A stretch of DNA of 64,000 nucleotides from Gekko japonicus (Eukaryota), in NCBI RefSeq assembly GCF_001447785.1, contig NW_015159767.1, positions 261,205 to 325,204 of the forward strand, written 5' to 3'. Made by a program: the position numbers and the translations under genes. The notes under the pieces are model-generated. The model was not told the DNA's origin and made no database searches. It saw only the letters and a list, made by a program, of their open reading frames with translations. This document shows, piece by piece, positions 50,130-62,670 of this stretch. How positions within the stretch are numbered: the first letter of the stretch is position 1; each line of letters begins with the position of its first letter.

Positions 50130-51630
50130 GATTTCACACGAAGCGTGGGAAGGGCCTCGTTTGGAATGTTGACCGGTGGATGCATAGTGGCTACTTTATA
50201 AAAAAATACTTGCAGGAGAAATGCGAAGGAAACGAGTTAACATCTTGTGTTGCTTATGAAAAGAGCTCCTGGTGGCCATTACCTTGCTGCTGCAACACAT
50301 CCACTCATACTGTTTTCCCTCCATCCCCCCCCTCCTTCCCCCAAATTGCCAACAGCATGTTGGGCTTTTCTCAGAATCTGTTTCAGCCTCTCTAAAGCAC
50401 GGATAAAACCCAAGAGGCCTGTACCGATATCCCAAATAACAGAATTTCATATTAGCCTGCTGTGCCTGGAGAAAAAACGCTGTGCCCGTTGATAAGAGTG
50501 AATAAATAGTACTGGCTGTAAATATCGTCTTGCTGGCTTGGCTCTTTATTGCAAAGCGAAAACAGAACCAAGAAACCTGGAGCCCTCTGCTTGCAGTCCC
50601 TGACCCTGTCTTCTCTCGTTTGCAGATGAAATCTTCAGTTAAATTGTTAACAGCCCAGTGTATACGGTCTTCCATGTTGTGTTATGTGGGTGCTGCACGA
50701 AGCAGTGATGTGAAATGATAGGCTTTTGCTGTAAAATAGGCTCGGAATAGGGGCACTTTCTGTCTTCTGTAGTAGATCATGGCCAACTTAAAGAGACTTT
50801 CAATGGTTAGTTTCAATCATTAACTCTGTAATGGTTGCTATTTAATTATCTTTGTCTCCATAGTTAAATACAAATCAGAGCCCTTTTTATTGCTTATTAA
50901 AGAGGCTAATTTTGTGCCACTGTTTTAAAAATTACCCCTTGGAGGAAAGAAGAAGTGCTTTTCAAAGATAGCATGTTCACCTTTGGGGAAAAAACATATC
51001 AAATGGGATTTTGACAGCTCTTCCTAGCGATGAAGTCTGCTAGGAAAGGCCGAAACCTGGATTTTCTGCACATGCCACAGCAGTTGCTAAATGGTGTTCG
51101 GGGTAGGCAATTAAATATTCACCGTGTTTCAAATCTGGATCTCGCATAGAGAAGGTTCAATTCAGTGGTGGGGAATTTGGCCTTGGAGGTACTAAAACAT
51201 TAGTGAAGCTTGGTTAATGTGTATATTTAATGCATATTTTATAGAAAGTAGTTAAGTTGCTGCTATTCCGTAGTATGAGTGCTTAGGCAGAGCCAGAAGC
51301 AATTAAGCAGGTGCAGTTTCTCCCATTGGGAGGTCTCTATGGCTCCAGCTGCTGTTTTGTCTCCCTGCAGTTGATAGGAGTCAATGCACAGCAGCCAGGA
51401 CTGGGGGGGAGGGGGGAGATTTGACTTCACAAGTGGTCCAGCGCTGTTTGTGAAATAGGCATTGTTATCACAGTTTGTAAATGGCTATATCTGTTAATAC
51501 TGTTAAAAATGGCTATATCTGCAAACCGCTTCACTATGAAATATTAATTAGTCCCTCAGTATATATAAATATTTCGGATAAAAAATGGATTAAATTGTTG
51601 CATCGTGTTCAGGTTTTTTCAGTACAGGGG

Positions 51631-51637
51631 AAAAAAA
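51631..51637 (-). terminator. Pol III oligo-T terminator of tRNA-Arg
   Basis: T7 run 8 nt downstream of the tRNA 3' end on the minus strand. Confidence 0.8.
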
Positions 51638-51645
51638 TACATCTT

Positions 51646-51718
51646 CGAGCCAGCCAGGAGTCGAACCTAGAATCTTCTGATCCGTAGTCAGACGCGTTAT
51701 CCATTGCGCCACTGGCCC
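51646..51718 (-). tRNA. TRR-ACG: tRNA-Arg (ACG)
   Basis: Reverse complement GGGCCAGTGGCGCAATGGATAACGCGTCTGACT-ACG-GATCAGAAGATTCTAGGTTCGACTCCTGGCTGGCTCG; 73 nt, A and B boxes. Confidence 0.97.
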
Positions 51719-51719
51719 T

Positions 51720-52214
51720 CAGATGTTTTGTAACAGTTGCGACAGCTTCCCTATATGGACTACGACTGAGGACGTGACTCGCAAGCTGTACAAAAGAAGG
51801 GCTTCCTATCGTAATGCATGCTGGGAAACATAGTTCTTCAGTCGAGCGTTCGGAAGCCACTTTTAAGAGCAATGCGCGCTGGTATTTGTAGTGCGAAGAA
51901 AGGTTAAAGGTTGCATGCGTTGACCATCGGGAAATAGAGTCCAAAACACCCTCTACTTCTAGGAGCATGATGGGAAATGTGAATTTCGCCTCGCGCGCCT
52001 TCAACAAGCCGGGGGGGGGGAGAAAGGCACCTCCTCCTGCCCCGCCCACATCTAGGCTTTTTATTGGCTCAACCTTGACAAGGCTGGTTCCTCCCCTCCC
52101 TATGGCTGGGAAAGCTTTCTGTTGATTGGGCGGCTGTCGGAAGTGTGGCCGCTGATTGGCCCGAGTTGCGAAGAAGGCGTGTCCAGCTGGCTCTCGCCTC
52201 TCTGTGTGGCGGGC
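51720..52214. promoter_or_regulatory. Divergent tRNA-Arg/PRMT5 promoter
   Basis: ZNF143/Staf-like GCATGCTGGGAAACATAGT at 51816 and GCATGATGGGAAATGT at 51965; ATTGG at 52063, 52125, 52155; GC box near 52040. Confidence 0.7.
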
Positions 52215-52354
52215 ATGGCGGCGACTGCAGCGGCGATGGCGGCAGCGGCGGTGGCTGGAGCGGCAGCAGCCGCAGTGGCCCGCGTCTCCTGCGGGAGGGA
52301 CTTGAGCTGCGTCCCGGAAGTGGCCGGCACTCTGGGGGCGGTAGCCCGGCAGGG
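52215..52354 (+). CDS. PRMT5: Protein arginine N-methyltransferase 5, exon 1
   Basis: MAATAAAM...RVSCGRDLSCVPEVAGTLGAVARQG; |GTGAGA. Confidence 0.9.
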
Positions 52355-52715
52355 GTGAGAGAAACCACGTGGTACTCCTGTGTGACCTCTGACCCCAGTT
52401 GCTAAGCCCCGGTGACCAATGAACCAACCTGGGGGGTTTGTGTGTGTGAGGGGGATGCTCTTTTGAATTGTACTCCTACAAATATTTATCACGACTAATT
52501 GTCCATTGTGGTGACCTTTGACCCCAGGACAGAGAGGTCATACTCCCTGAGCCTGCAAGAGGTCATGGCTGACCTCAACTGATGCTTGTCTGGTAGGGCT
52601 GCTGTCTATGTCTTTATCTGATGTACAGCAGGTAGAAACTCCACAGGTGATGCTTTCCCATCATAGAGATGGCAGGGATGGGAAATATGCCCACCATATA
52701 AGTCTTAAAGGTGTA

Positions 52716-52953
52716 GGTAAAGGTAAAGGTAAAGGTTCCCTTGCTCGAAAGCCAGTCGAATCCGACTCTAGGGTTGCGGTGCTCATCTCCGTTTCAAAGC
52801 CGAAGAGCCAGCGCTGTCCGAAGACGTTTCCGTGGTCATGTGGCCGGCATGACTAAACACCAAGGCGCACGGAACGCTGTTACCTTCCCACCAAAGTGGT
52901 ACCTATTTATCTACTTGCAATTTCTTGCTTTCGAACTGCTAGGTTGGCAGGAG
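52716..52953 (-). mobile_element. Sauria SINE, 5'-truncated
   Basis: (AAAGGT)3 tail. Confidence 0.85.
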
Positions 52954-53555
52954 CCCTGCCTAAAGCAAAGGTGTAGGAGCCCTGCCTAAAGCAATGGTGG
53001 CAACATGATATCTGCCCCTTTGCCTAGCAAGTATTCATGTATCTGAGACTCAGGGCAAATTACGTAGGGTACTCAACAGGATGCAGCATCCAGTGAACAG
53101 TATAGTAAGGTTTGGACTGCAGAAACCTGAAAACAAACAGATGTCTCAAATAGAGCTGGAAAAAAGCATGAGCTTCTAAACATGGTACGTTAAGTGGTGT
53201 AGGAAATACCTAGTCTGGTACATACTTACAGTGGTAAGCAGCCCTTAACTCTTTATCAATGCAGCTTTCTGAGACGATTTCAATATAGTACAGTCCTATT
53301 TATCTGTCCAAAAAATTCACTCTTGAATGAAAACTAAAGCAGGATGCTTTCAGTTGGGCCCCATGCGTGAAGAGAGGTGGGTGGAAGCCCAAACATGTCT
53401 CAGGCAAAGAAGTTTGTTACGATTCCAAATCTGACCTGTAAAATTATTATTTCATACTTAAAAAAAAATAATTAATTGATTGGCAGCTTATGGTCTTGTG
53501 TTTTTGTCACCAAGCTCTTATCAATTTCTTCTACCCCCAATTTCTCAATCCACAG

Positions 53556-53674
53556 GTTTGATTTCCTCTGCATGCCCATTTTCCATCCTCGATACAAGAG
53601 GGAGTTTTTCCTGGAACCACCTAAGAGCCGGTCGGGTCCCCAGACCCGCTCTGACCTGCTGCTCTCAGGAAGAG
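53556..53674 (+). CDS. PRMT5: PRMT5 exon 2
   Basis: [17 protein letters not shown]...[13 protein letters not shown]. Confidence 0.95.
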
Positions 53675-53860
53675 GTGAGAACATCAAAGGCCTCGTTGCT
53701 TTGATGGATTTCTATTTCTACTGACCAGACGAGATTCAGTGCTTGCTTCCTTTAAGAAAAGAAAAGAAAAAAGAATCCGTTCCGTTTATCTCACACCTAT
53801 TCTGTGGCACTTCGGGGGGGTCACAAAAATTGCACCGAGAACTAAATTCCCTGTTAAAAG

Positions 53861-54253
53861 CAGGGCTATTTTTGGGCAGGAACGCACAGGAACGGAGTTC
53901 TGGCTGGCTCCCAAGTTGACCACGCCCGGCAGGAACTCATTAGCATAATAGGCCACACCCAACAGCAGAAACTCATTAGGATTGGCTACATTAGGGGTGT
54001 GTGGCCTAACATGCAAAGGAGTTCCTGCTACAAAAAAAGCCCTGGGTTTTGACAGCAAACAAGGTAAACAGAATAAGAAGCAAAAGGTGGGTGTGGCTGG
54101 ATGACTATACTTCTGGTAACATGGGGGTGTGACCTAATATGCTAATAAGCTATGCTCTCATGGGTGTGGCTGGATATGCTAATGAGTTTCTGTTGGGTGT
54201 GGCCTATTATGCTAATGAGTTCCTGCTGGGCTTTTTCTACAAAAAAAGCCCTG
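53861..54253. mobile_element. hAT MITE family B
   Basis: Exact TSD GTTAAAAG. Confidence 0.88.
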
Positions 54254-54663
54254 GTTAAAAGATCTCTGTATCTGTATGTGTTACCCCACTTTTGCTTAAC
54301 TTCAGCGTTGCATACAGGGATTGTACAGTGTTTGGGGGAAATATTCAAGCTTGGAATTGGATAGTTGTCTAATGGGAGTAAGTTCATATGAAGCCGTTCT
54401 GCCTGAATCAGACCATCGGTCCGTCACAGTCAGTGTTGTCTACTCAGACTGGCAGTGGCTCTCCAGGGTCTCAGGCTGATGCCTTTCGCATCGCCTACTG
54501 CCTGGTCCTTTCAACTGGAGACGCTGGGGGATTGAACCCTAGGATCTTCTGCATGCCAAGCAGATGCTGTACCACTGAACCACAGCCCCTCCCCTCTGTT
54601 TTTCTGTTGTGGGCAGGTCCCAGAGAATGTCTCTCTGTCTGCCCTGACTGCTCAGTGCTCAGA

Positions 54664-54918
54664 GCCAGTTTGGTGTAGTGGTTAAGTGCGCGGACTCTAA
54701 TCTGGGAGAACCGGGTTTGATTCCCCACTCCTCCACTTGCACCTGCTGATGTGACCTTGGGTCAGTCACAAGCTCTGGCACAGCTGTCCTTGAAAAATAG
54801 CAGTTTGTGTCAGAGTTCTCTCAGCCCCACCTACCTCACAGGGTGTCAGTTGTGGGGAGGGGGAGGGAGAGACTCCAAGTGAAGGGCGGTGTATAAATCC
54901 AATCTCTTCTTCTTCTTC
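54664..54918 (+). mobile_element. Squam3-like SINE
   Basis: Similar to the 5676 copy. Confidence 0.75.
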
Positions 54919-55050
54919 ATGTGCTACAATCTAGGAAGGTGCTTTTGGTCAATCTTGAAGGGTTATGCTATATATCTTGCAGGGCTGGCGGCCCTGGACA
55001 AGCTGTCTGCCCTCCCCCAGTCAGAGGGTTTTGGCTCTAATCACCATAAC

Positions 55051-55256
55051 CAGTGTTCCCTCTAAGCTGACTTAGTGTGAGCTAGCTCCCAATTTTTTAG
55101 CCTCCGACTCACACATTTTTGTCTCGGCTCAGGAAGGAGGGCTCCAGAGCAAACTGATTTATGCAGTAGCCAAATGGTTCACTCACAGCTTTAATGCCAG
55201 TAGCTCACAAAGCAGAATTTTTGCTCACAACACTCCACAGCTTCAAGGGAGCACTG
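55051..55256. mobile_element. hAT MITE family A
   Basis: Exact TSD ACCATAAC. Confidence 0.88.
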
Positions 55257-55281
55257 ACCATAACATGTTGCTCCTTGCCAG

Positions 55282-55367
55282 ACTGGAACACGCTGATTGT
55301 GGGCAAGCTGTCCCCATGGATCCAAGCCGATTCCAAGGTGGAGAAGGTTCGCAGGAATTCCGAGATG
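55282..55367 (+). CDS. PRMT5: PRMT5 exon 3
   Basis: [29 protein letters not shown]; |GTGAGT. Confidence 0.95.
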
Positions 55368-55966
55368 GTGAGTGAGTCTGCTCAAATGCCATTTCTTTAT
55401 TGATGTAGAGGACTTTCGGTTCAACAGAAGTCTGTCATTGGCTCCTGGCGGCTGGTAGTTCGGAAGCATCTTGTCTCTGAAAACAGAGATTCCATTCCTG
55501 ATTACTAAAAGCCTTGGATAGCGCTTTACTCCATGAAACTACGTGTACAAGTGCTGTCAAGTTGCAACTAACTTACGGCAACCCCAGCAAGGGGCTTTCG
55601 AGGCAAGTGAGAAGCAGAGGTGGTTTGCCATGGCCTTCCTCTGCAGAGCCTTCCTTGGTGGTCTCTCATCCAAGTACCGACCATGCTTACTTAGCTTCCA
55701 TGATCTGTCTACTGCTATTGTCTATTTCAACATTCATGTACTGGCTCTGAACCTATAATTGCCAGTCCATTTCGGAGTAAAGAAGTCGCTCTGTGTTGTT
55801 TTTTTAAACCTAAAAAAGCCCTAGCACTTTTTCTTGCATAAAGATGCTCCATCCCACCATCATTGTAGTTGCCCTTTCCCCCACCTTCCTCCTTTAGAGA
55901 TAGATGGAATAAGACTGTACCCGGTATTCTAATGATGGTTCTCTGTGTTTATCTGTCTCTTTGCAG

Positions 55967-56101
55967 GCCATGTTGCAGGAGCTGAACTTTGGGGCCTACC
56001 TGGGACTTCCCGCCTTCCTCCTGCCCCTGACGCAGGCCGACAACCCCAATTTGGCTCGTGTTCTGTGTAACCACATCAATACTGGGCACCATACTTCCAT
56101 G
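55967..56101 (+). CDS. PRMT5: PRMT5 exon 4
   Basis: [21 protein letters not shown]...GHHTSM. Confidence 0.95.
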
Positions 56102-57617
56102 GTATGTCCAACCATCTCTTCCTTCCTCCTCTTGTCCAGTCTTCACGGAGCCTCGCACATCCACAATACATTTCCCTCACCATGGCTAAGTGTCTCATCT
56201 TTATGACACTCTCCTTACTTATCAGTTCCAACCTGTAATGTACTGGCCATATGCCTAAAGCAGAGGAGAGGAGAGCCAGCGACGTCGGTTGTAGAGTGGT
56301 AGCTCATGTAAGTGAACCGGGGGAGGGCCAGCACCCAAACTGACCTGGGGGAAAATTCCTTAGGAACATCACAAGAGCCCCTGCTGGATCAGACCGGGGT
56401 CCATCTAGTCCAGTGTTCTGCCTTCCACAGTGGCCAACCAGTTCCTTTGGAAAGCCAACACCAGTGCATAGAGGCCAGTGCCACCCCTTGATGTTTTCTC
56501 CTGGCACTGGGATTCAGAGGTTGACTGTCTCTGAACGTGGAGGTTCCCTTTAGTCACCATGGTCAGTGGCCACTGAAAGAGCTGCCTAATCCCCTTTTAA
56601 AGCCGTCTAAATCCTTCCCCATTCCAAGACTCTGAGCCACATTCAAAACTCATCCCTCAAGTCCTGTCAAGGAGATTTTACTAGGAACTGTGCCATGGTA
56701 TACGGAGTCTTGCCTGTAGCTGCAACATTTCCTAATTCCCTGTGGATGGTAGCTGGGGGGGGAGGAACCAAAATGTTGTGGGGCTAAAATTGATCCCACT
56801 ATATCGCAACAAGAGGGGAAGTAGAATAGAAGCAATACATTATATTGCATTCTGTCAGGTAGCTCTGCCATGCTCTTGGAATGTGTGGAGGGGGAAACCA
56901 CCTTACTCTGCCTGCCTCTGAGTTTCACTGTCTGCGTATGGTCTTTTCCTTGACCTCGGGATGCTCCAGCTGCTCTCAGCTTCTGCTGGGAACCAACGGC
57001 TCTTACTTTTGCCCGCTTTCTTTCCCCGCGCGCGAACTTTGCTTATTGGCTTTGCTTGTAGGGGGTGTGTGTGTTTGATTCTAGTATAACTCAGGGTGCC
57101 TTACTGTTCCCATGCATTCCTGACACAAACTGTACACATGTCATAGTCCTGGGTGTACCAATAAACAGGATTCTTCCGATGAAGCACTGTGTTGTGCGAC
57201 CTGACTATTGAACCCTGACACATTCACCAGTTTTTAAATTTAAGGAAATGTATCCGAGTTTCCCCTCCAAATGAACCAAACTGGGTTACAGCAGAAAAAT
57301 AAATCTATCTACATAAGCCAATAAACAAAAAGCCTCCAACAAACTACTTCTTGAGCTAGTCCTAGATTTGTTTGTTCGCTCATCCACAGGCATGGGCTGC
57401 AAATAGAGTTGGCAGCTCCCAAGTTGGGAAATTCCTGGATATTTGGGGGCGGAGCCTGGGGAGGACAGGGCTTAGGGAGAGGAAGGACCTCGGCAGGATA
57501 TAATTCCATAGAGTCCACCCTCTAAAGCTGCCTTTTTCTCCAGGGGAACACATCTCTGTCTCCTGGAATCACTTTTAATTCTGAGAGATCTCCAGGCCCA
57601 CCTTGAAGTTGGCAACA

Positions 57618-57657
57618 TAATAATAATAATAATAATAATCATCATCATCATCATCAT
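57618..57657 (+). repeat. Compound microsatellite (ATA)n(ATC)n
   Basis: Read directly. Confidence 0.9.
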
Positions 57658-58459
57658 CTTTCAATTTATTGATCGCTCAATCCTTGCAGAGCTGCCGGCT
57701 CTGAGCGATTTTAAAATTACTCATGTGTTGACACAGGACTAACAATGATGGGGGTAAAGGTGGACAACATATATCATTTTTAATCACACACACTTCACAG
57801 TTGACAGGGAGTTTGGTCAGCTGTAAGCATCAGACGTGTTCCAGCAGCATTCTTTAGTCGGCGTCATTTGAGGTCGTCAGCATTTTTCTCGGTCGCAGCG
57901 CACCACTGCCACCGTCTGGCCGGAATGGCCCATTGCAGGCTTTCCTTTGAAGCTGTGTAGATCTCTCTCGGGTTTTGAGCTTACGAGCTATGAGCCAGGG
58001 TCGAAGAAACACGAGCCCTTGCCCCCTTGCCGTATGGCTCACAGTGTGGCATATGCAAATGAGTTGTGCTAATGGGTTGTGCTAATGAGCCCCTGCACCT
58101 TTTTTTTCCTACGAAATGACCCCCGTTAGACCTATTATTAAACGACGGGTGCCATCAATCAATAGCGTGATCTGGTGATCGGTCCATAGATCTAATCCTT
58201 TATGCGACTGGCACAGGTGGTAGCTGATGGCTCCAGGGGACGGGGCTCTCTGCCTTTCAACTATTGGTTGATGTATGCCTCTGCCCACAACTCAACTTCA
58301 TTGCTCTTCTGCAAAGGAAGGGTGGGGTGGGGGGGANNNNNNNNNNNNNNNNNNNNNNNNNNNNNNNNNNNNTTTCCCTCCTTCCTAAAGACTCTCTGGC
58401 CACACCCATAGCGTATCTCTAAACCTTTTTCTCCCACTCCCTTTTTTATCCTGCCCCAG

Positions 58460-58575
58460 TTCTGGATGCGGATTCCACTGCTGGCCCCAGAGGACCTGCG
58501 GGACGACTTGATTGAAAACGAGCCTGTGCGGGGGGTAGAGGAGGAGTCGGCCGGCGAGGAGAAGACCTGGCAGTG
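58460..58575 (+). CDS. PRMT5: PRMT5 exon 5
   Basis: [20 protein letters not shown]...GEEKTWQW. Confidence 0.95.
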
Positions 58576-58807
58576 GTGAGTGAAGACTCGGACGTCGGCA
58601 GGAACCTGAGCCCGCTTTAGAAAGGGTGGCCCGCTTGGGCAGCAGAACAGGTTTTCTGGGTTTCTGAGGCAAGACAAGGCCAATCTCTGGTGGAGCCCAA
58701 CCTAAGACAGCAGCTGGGTGAATGCCGTCTCTTTGAGATGACAACCCTGCTAAGGTTTGGTTATTCCAGGGGGAAATCGAAGTGAGTTAGAAGAAGAAGA
58801 GACTGGA

Positions 58808-59206
58808 TTTGGTGTTGTGGTGAAGTGCCGTGTGCGGACTCTAATCTGGGAGAACCGGGTTTGATTCCCCACTCCTCCACTTGCAGCTGCTGGATGACCT
58901 TGGGCAAGCCGTAGTTCTGGCACAGCTGTTCTGGGAAAAGAGCAGTTTCTTCTTCTTCTTTCCCGCCCTTCACTTGGAGTCTCAGAGCAGCTTACAGCCT
59001 CCTTTCCCTTCCCTTCCCCACAACAGACACCCTGTGAGGTAGGTGGGGCTGAGAGAGCTCTTTCGAGGACAGCTCTTTCGAGGACAGCTCTGACAGAACT
59101 GTGGCTTGCCCAAGGTCATCCAGCCAGGTGCAAGTGGAGGAGTGGGTAATCAAACCCGGTTCTCCCAGATTAGAGTCCGCGCACTTAACCACTACACCAA
59201 ACTGGT
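58808..59206. mobile_element. Two inverted, abutting Squam3-like SINEs
   Basis: Plus copy about 58808-58948, minus copy about 58960-59206. Confidence 0.75.
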
Positions 59207-59820
59207 TCATGTAAGTGGATCCTGTGCAGAAGTAAATGGGATGAATGGAAGGTGAGAGGTGTTGGAAGTTCCAGATGCAATGTCCTCTGTTTCAGACCTC
59301 CAGACTGAGTGGCAAGAGAGACTAGATAGCTGGACAGGCACCCTGACCTTTCTTCCTGTATCTACTCTTCTGCCACTGTCCTCTTTGAAATGCAGATTGT
59401 GTTCTCAGGGACCAGTTCCCCTTCCTTCCATTCTCTCACTCACTTGAAGATGAACTCTCTCCCTGCACGCACCAAGAGAGAGACATGCAGCCTTCTCTTG
59501 GCACCGTGAGGCAGATGGGCCTCTCGCCTTCTACTTCCATCCTTCAGCTACTAAGTTAGTAATCTATCAGTCTCTGCTCTTTCCTATCCAAAGTGTACTT
59601 CTCAAATAAAGAGAGGAATATTTCTCTTTTAAACTTGCAGTGTGGCTCTGTGTAGCTTTGTAAGCTGAGGAGCCTGGTAAAGTGACGCTCCTGCGTTTGC
59701 AGCTTTATTGACGCATCCTGCTAGCTAATGGTGACTGGACTATCCACACCAGTTAACCTCAGTAAGAGGGGCCTGTTTTCCAGTGTGGCCATATTAGCTT
59801 TCTTGTTCTTTTTTTTTTAG

Positions 59821-59870
59821 GTGGCACAATTTCCGGACCCTGTGCGATTACAACAAACGTATTGCGGTGG
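59821..59870 (+). CDS. PRMT5: PRMT5 exon 6
   Basis: [16 protein letters not shown]. Confidence 0.95.
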
Positions 59871-59991
59871 GTGAGTGCCGCTGGGGCAAGATTGGGAGGT
59901 GGGGGACGGAGAGGCCTGCCCCCCACGGCAGCCCAATTGCGCAGAGGCCGGGGTGTCATTTCCTGTGACAACTCTTCTCCCTTCTTCTCAG

Positions 59992-60155
59992 CCCTGGAGG
60001 TGGGCCCTGACCTGCCATCCAATCACGTCATCGACCGCTGGCTAGGGGAACCAATCAAAGCGGCCATCCTACCCACCAGCATCTTCCTGACCAATAAGAA
60101 AGGCTTCCCCGTCCTCTCCAAGATGCACCAGCGCCTGATCTTTTGCCTCCTTAAG
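59992..60155 (+). CDS. PRMT5: PRMT5 exon 7
   Basis: [50 protein letters not shown]. Confidence 0.96.
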
Positions 60156-60561
60156 GTCAGCACTTCCCTTTGGCTTCTCCCGACCCCTGGCCGTTCTGTT
60201 CCCTTGAGCCAGCTTGGCTGCTTACCTTTGCCCAGTGCGGCCCTGAACAAAGTGGGTTTCCAGTCAAGATCCTTGTCCTCCTTTCCCAGAACTCCTCTGA
60301 CTACCATGACCTCTTCCTGCGTTAGCCGTTGTTCTCAGTGGCGACAGCATCTGTAGAGGGTGCCGTTAGTGAAGGCTTGCAAGGAATGATGGGGCGGGGG
60401 GAAGCAGAGGAGATACTGGGCTTGTGACTCTCCATAACTGTACTAAATTAAATGCTCCTGAAAAAAGAAGATGTTAGATGTGTATGTGAAAAGATGGACG
60501 GATGGTGCCTGAAAATGGATGCCTGATGAACTCCAGGTTTTCTACAGCAGGGGTCCCCCAC

Positions 60562-61073
60562 CAGTGCTCCCCCTAAGCTGAATTAGTGTGAGCTGGCTCA
60601 CAGTGTTTTAGCCTCCGGCTCACACATTTTCGCTTTAGCTCAGGGAGGAGGGCTCCCGAGCAAACTAATTTGTGCAGCGGCCAAATGGCTCGGTCACAAC
60701 TTTAATGCCGGTAGCTCACAAAGTAGAATTTTTGCTCACAGGACTCCACAGCTTAGAGGGAGCATTGGTCCCCACCAGTGTTCCCCCTAAGCTGAATGAG
60801 TGTGAGCTGGCTCACAGCGTTTTAGCCTCCGGCTCACACATTTTCGCTTTAGCTCAGGAAGGAGGGCTCCCGAGCAAACTAATTTGTGCAGCGGCTAAAT
60901 GGCTCGGTCACAACTTTAATGCCGGTAGCTCACAAAGTAGAATTTTTGCTCACAAGACTCCACAGCTCAGAGGGAGCACTGGTCCCCACCAATGCTCCCT
61001 CTAAGCCATGGAATCTTGTGAGTAAAAATTCTACTCTGTGAGCTCACACTAACTCGGCTTAGAGGGAACACTG
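60562..61073. mobile_element. Three stacked family A hAT MITEs
   Basis: 60562-60767, 60776-60981, 60990-61073, each followed by GTCCCCAC. Confidence 0.88.
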
Positions 61074-61385
61074 GTCCCCACCCTTTTTGAGGCCGTGGGC
61101 CCCTTGGGAGTTCTGAGAGAAGGTAGGGCGCGCCATACCAAAATAGGCTTCTGCAGGAAGTGGAGCTGCCTCAGGAAACAGAACCAAGCTGAATACCTCC
61201 CTCCTCACAGCTCTTGGGAAGAATGACATCCTGAAAGGATACTGACTAAGGAAAGCCCAGTTGCTTACCAGTCGTCCTCACCCTCTAGTGGAAAACTTTC
61301 ATTTGAATGAATGAAGGAAGCCAATAACAAGACCCACCATGCTTTATGAATAATTCAGCAGGTGCCATCATGCTCCCAAGCACCA

Positions 61386-62670
<1,285 letters not shown>

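Noticed and set aside
51609-52427. 272 aa antisense ORF across the PRMT5 promoter
   Set aside because: Runs through the tRNA gene and CpG island; low complexity.
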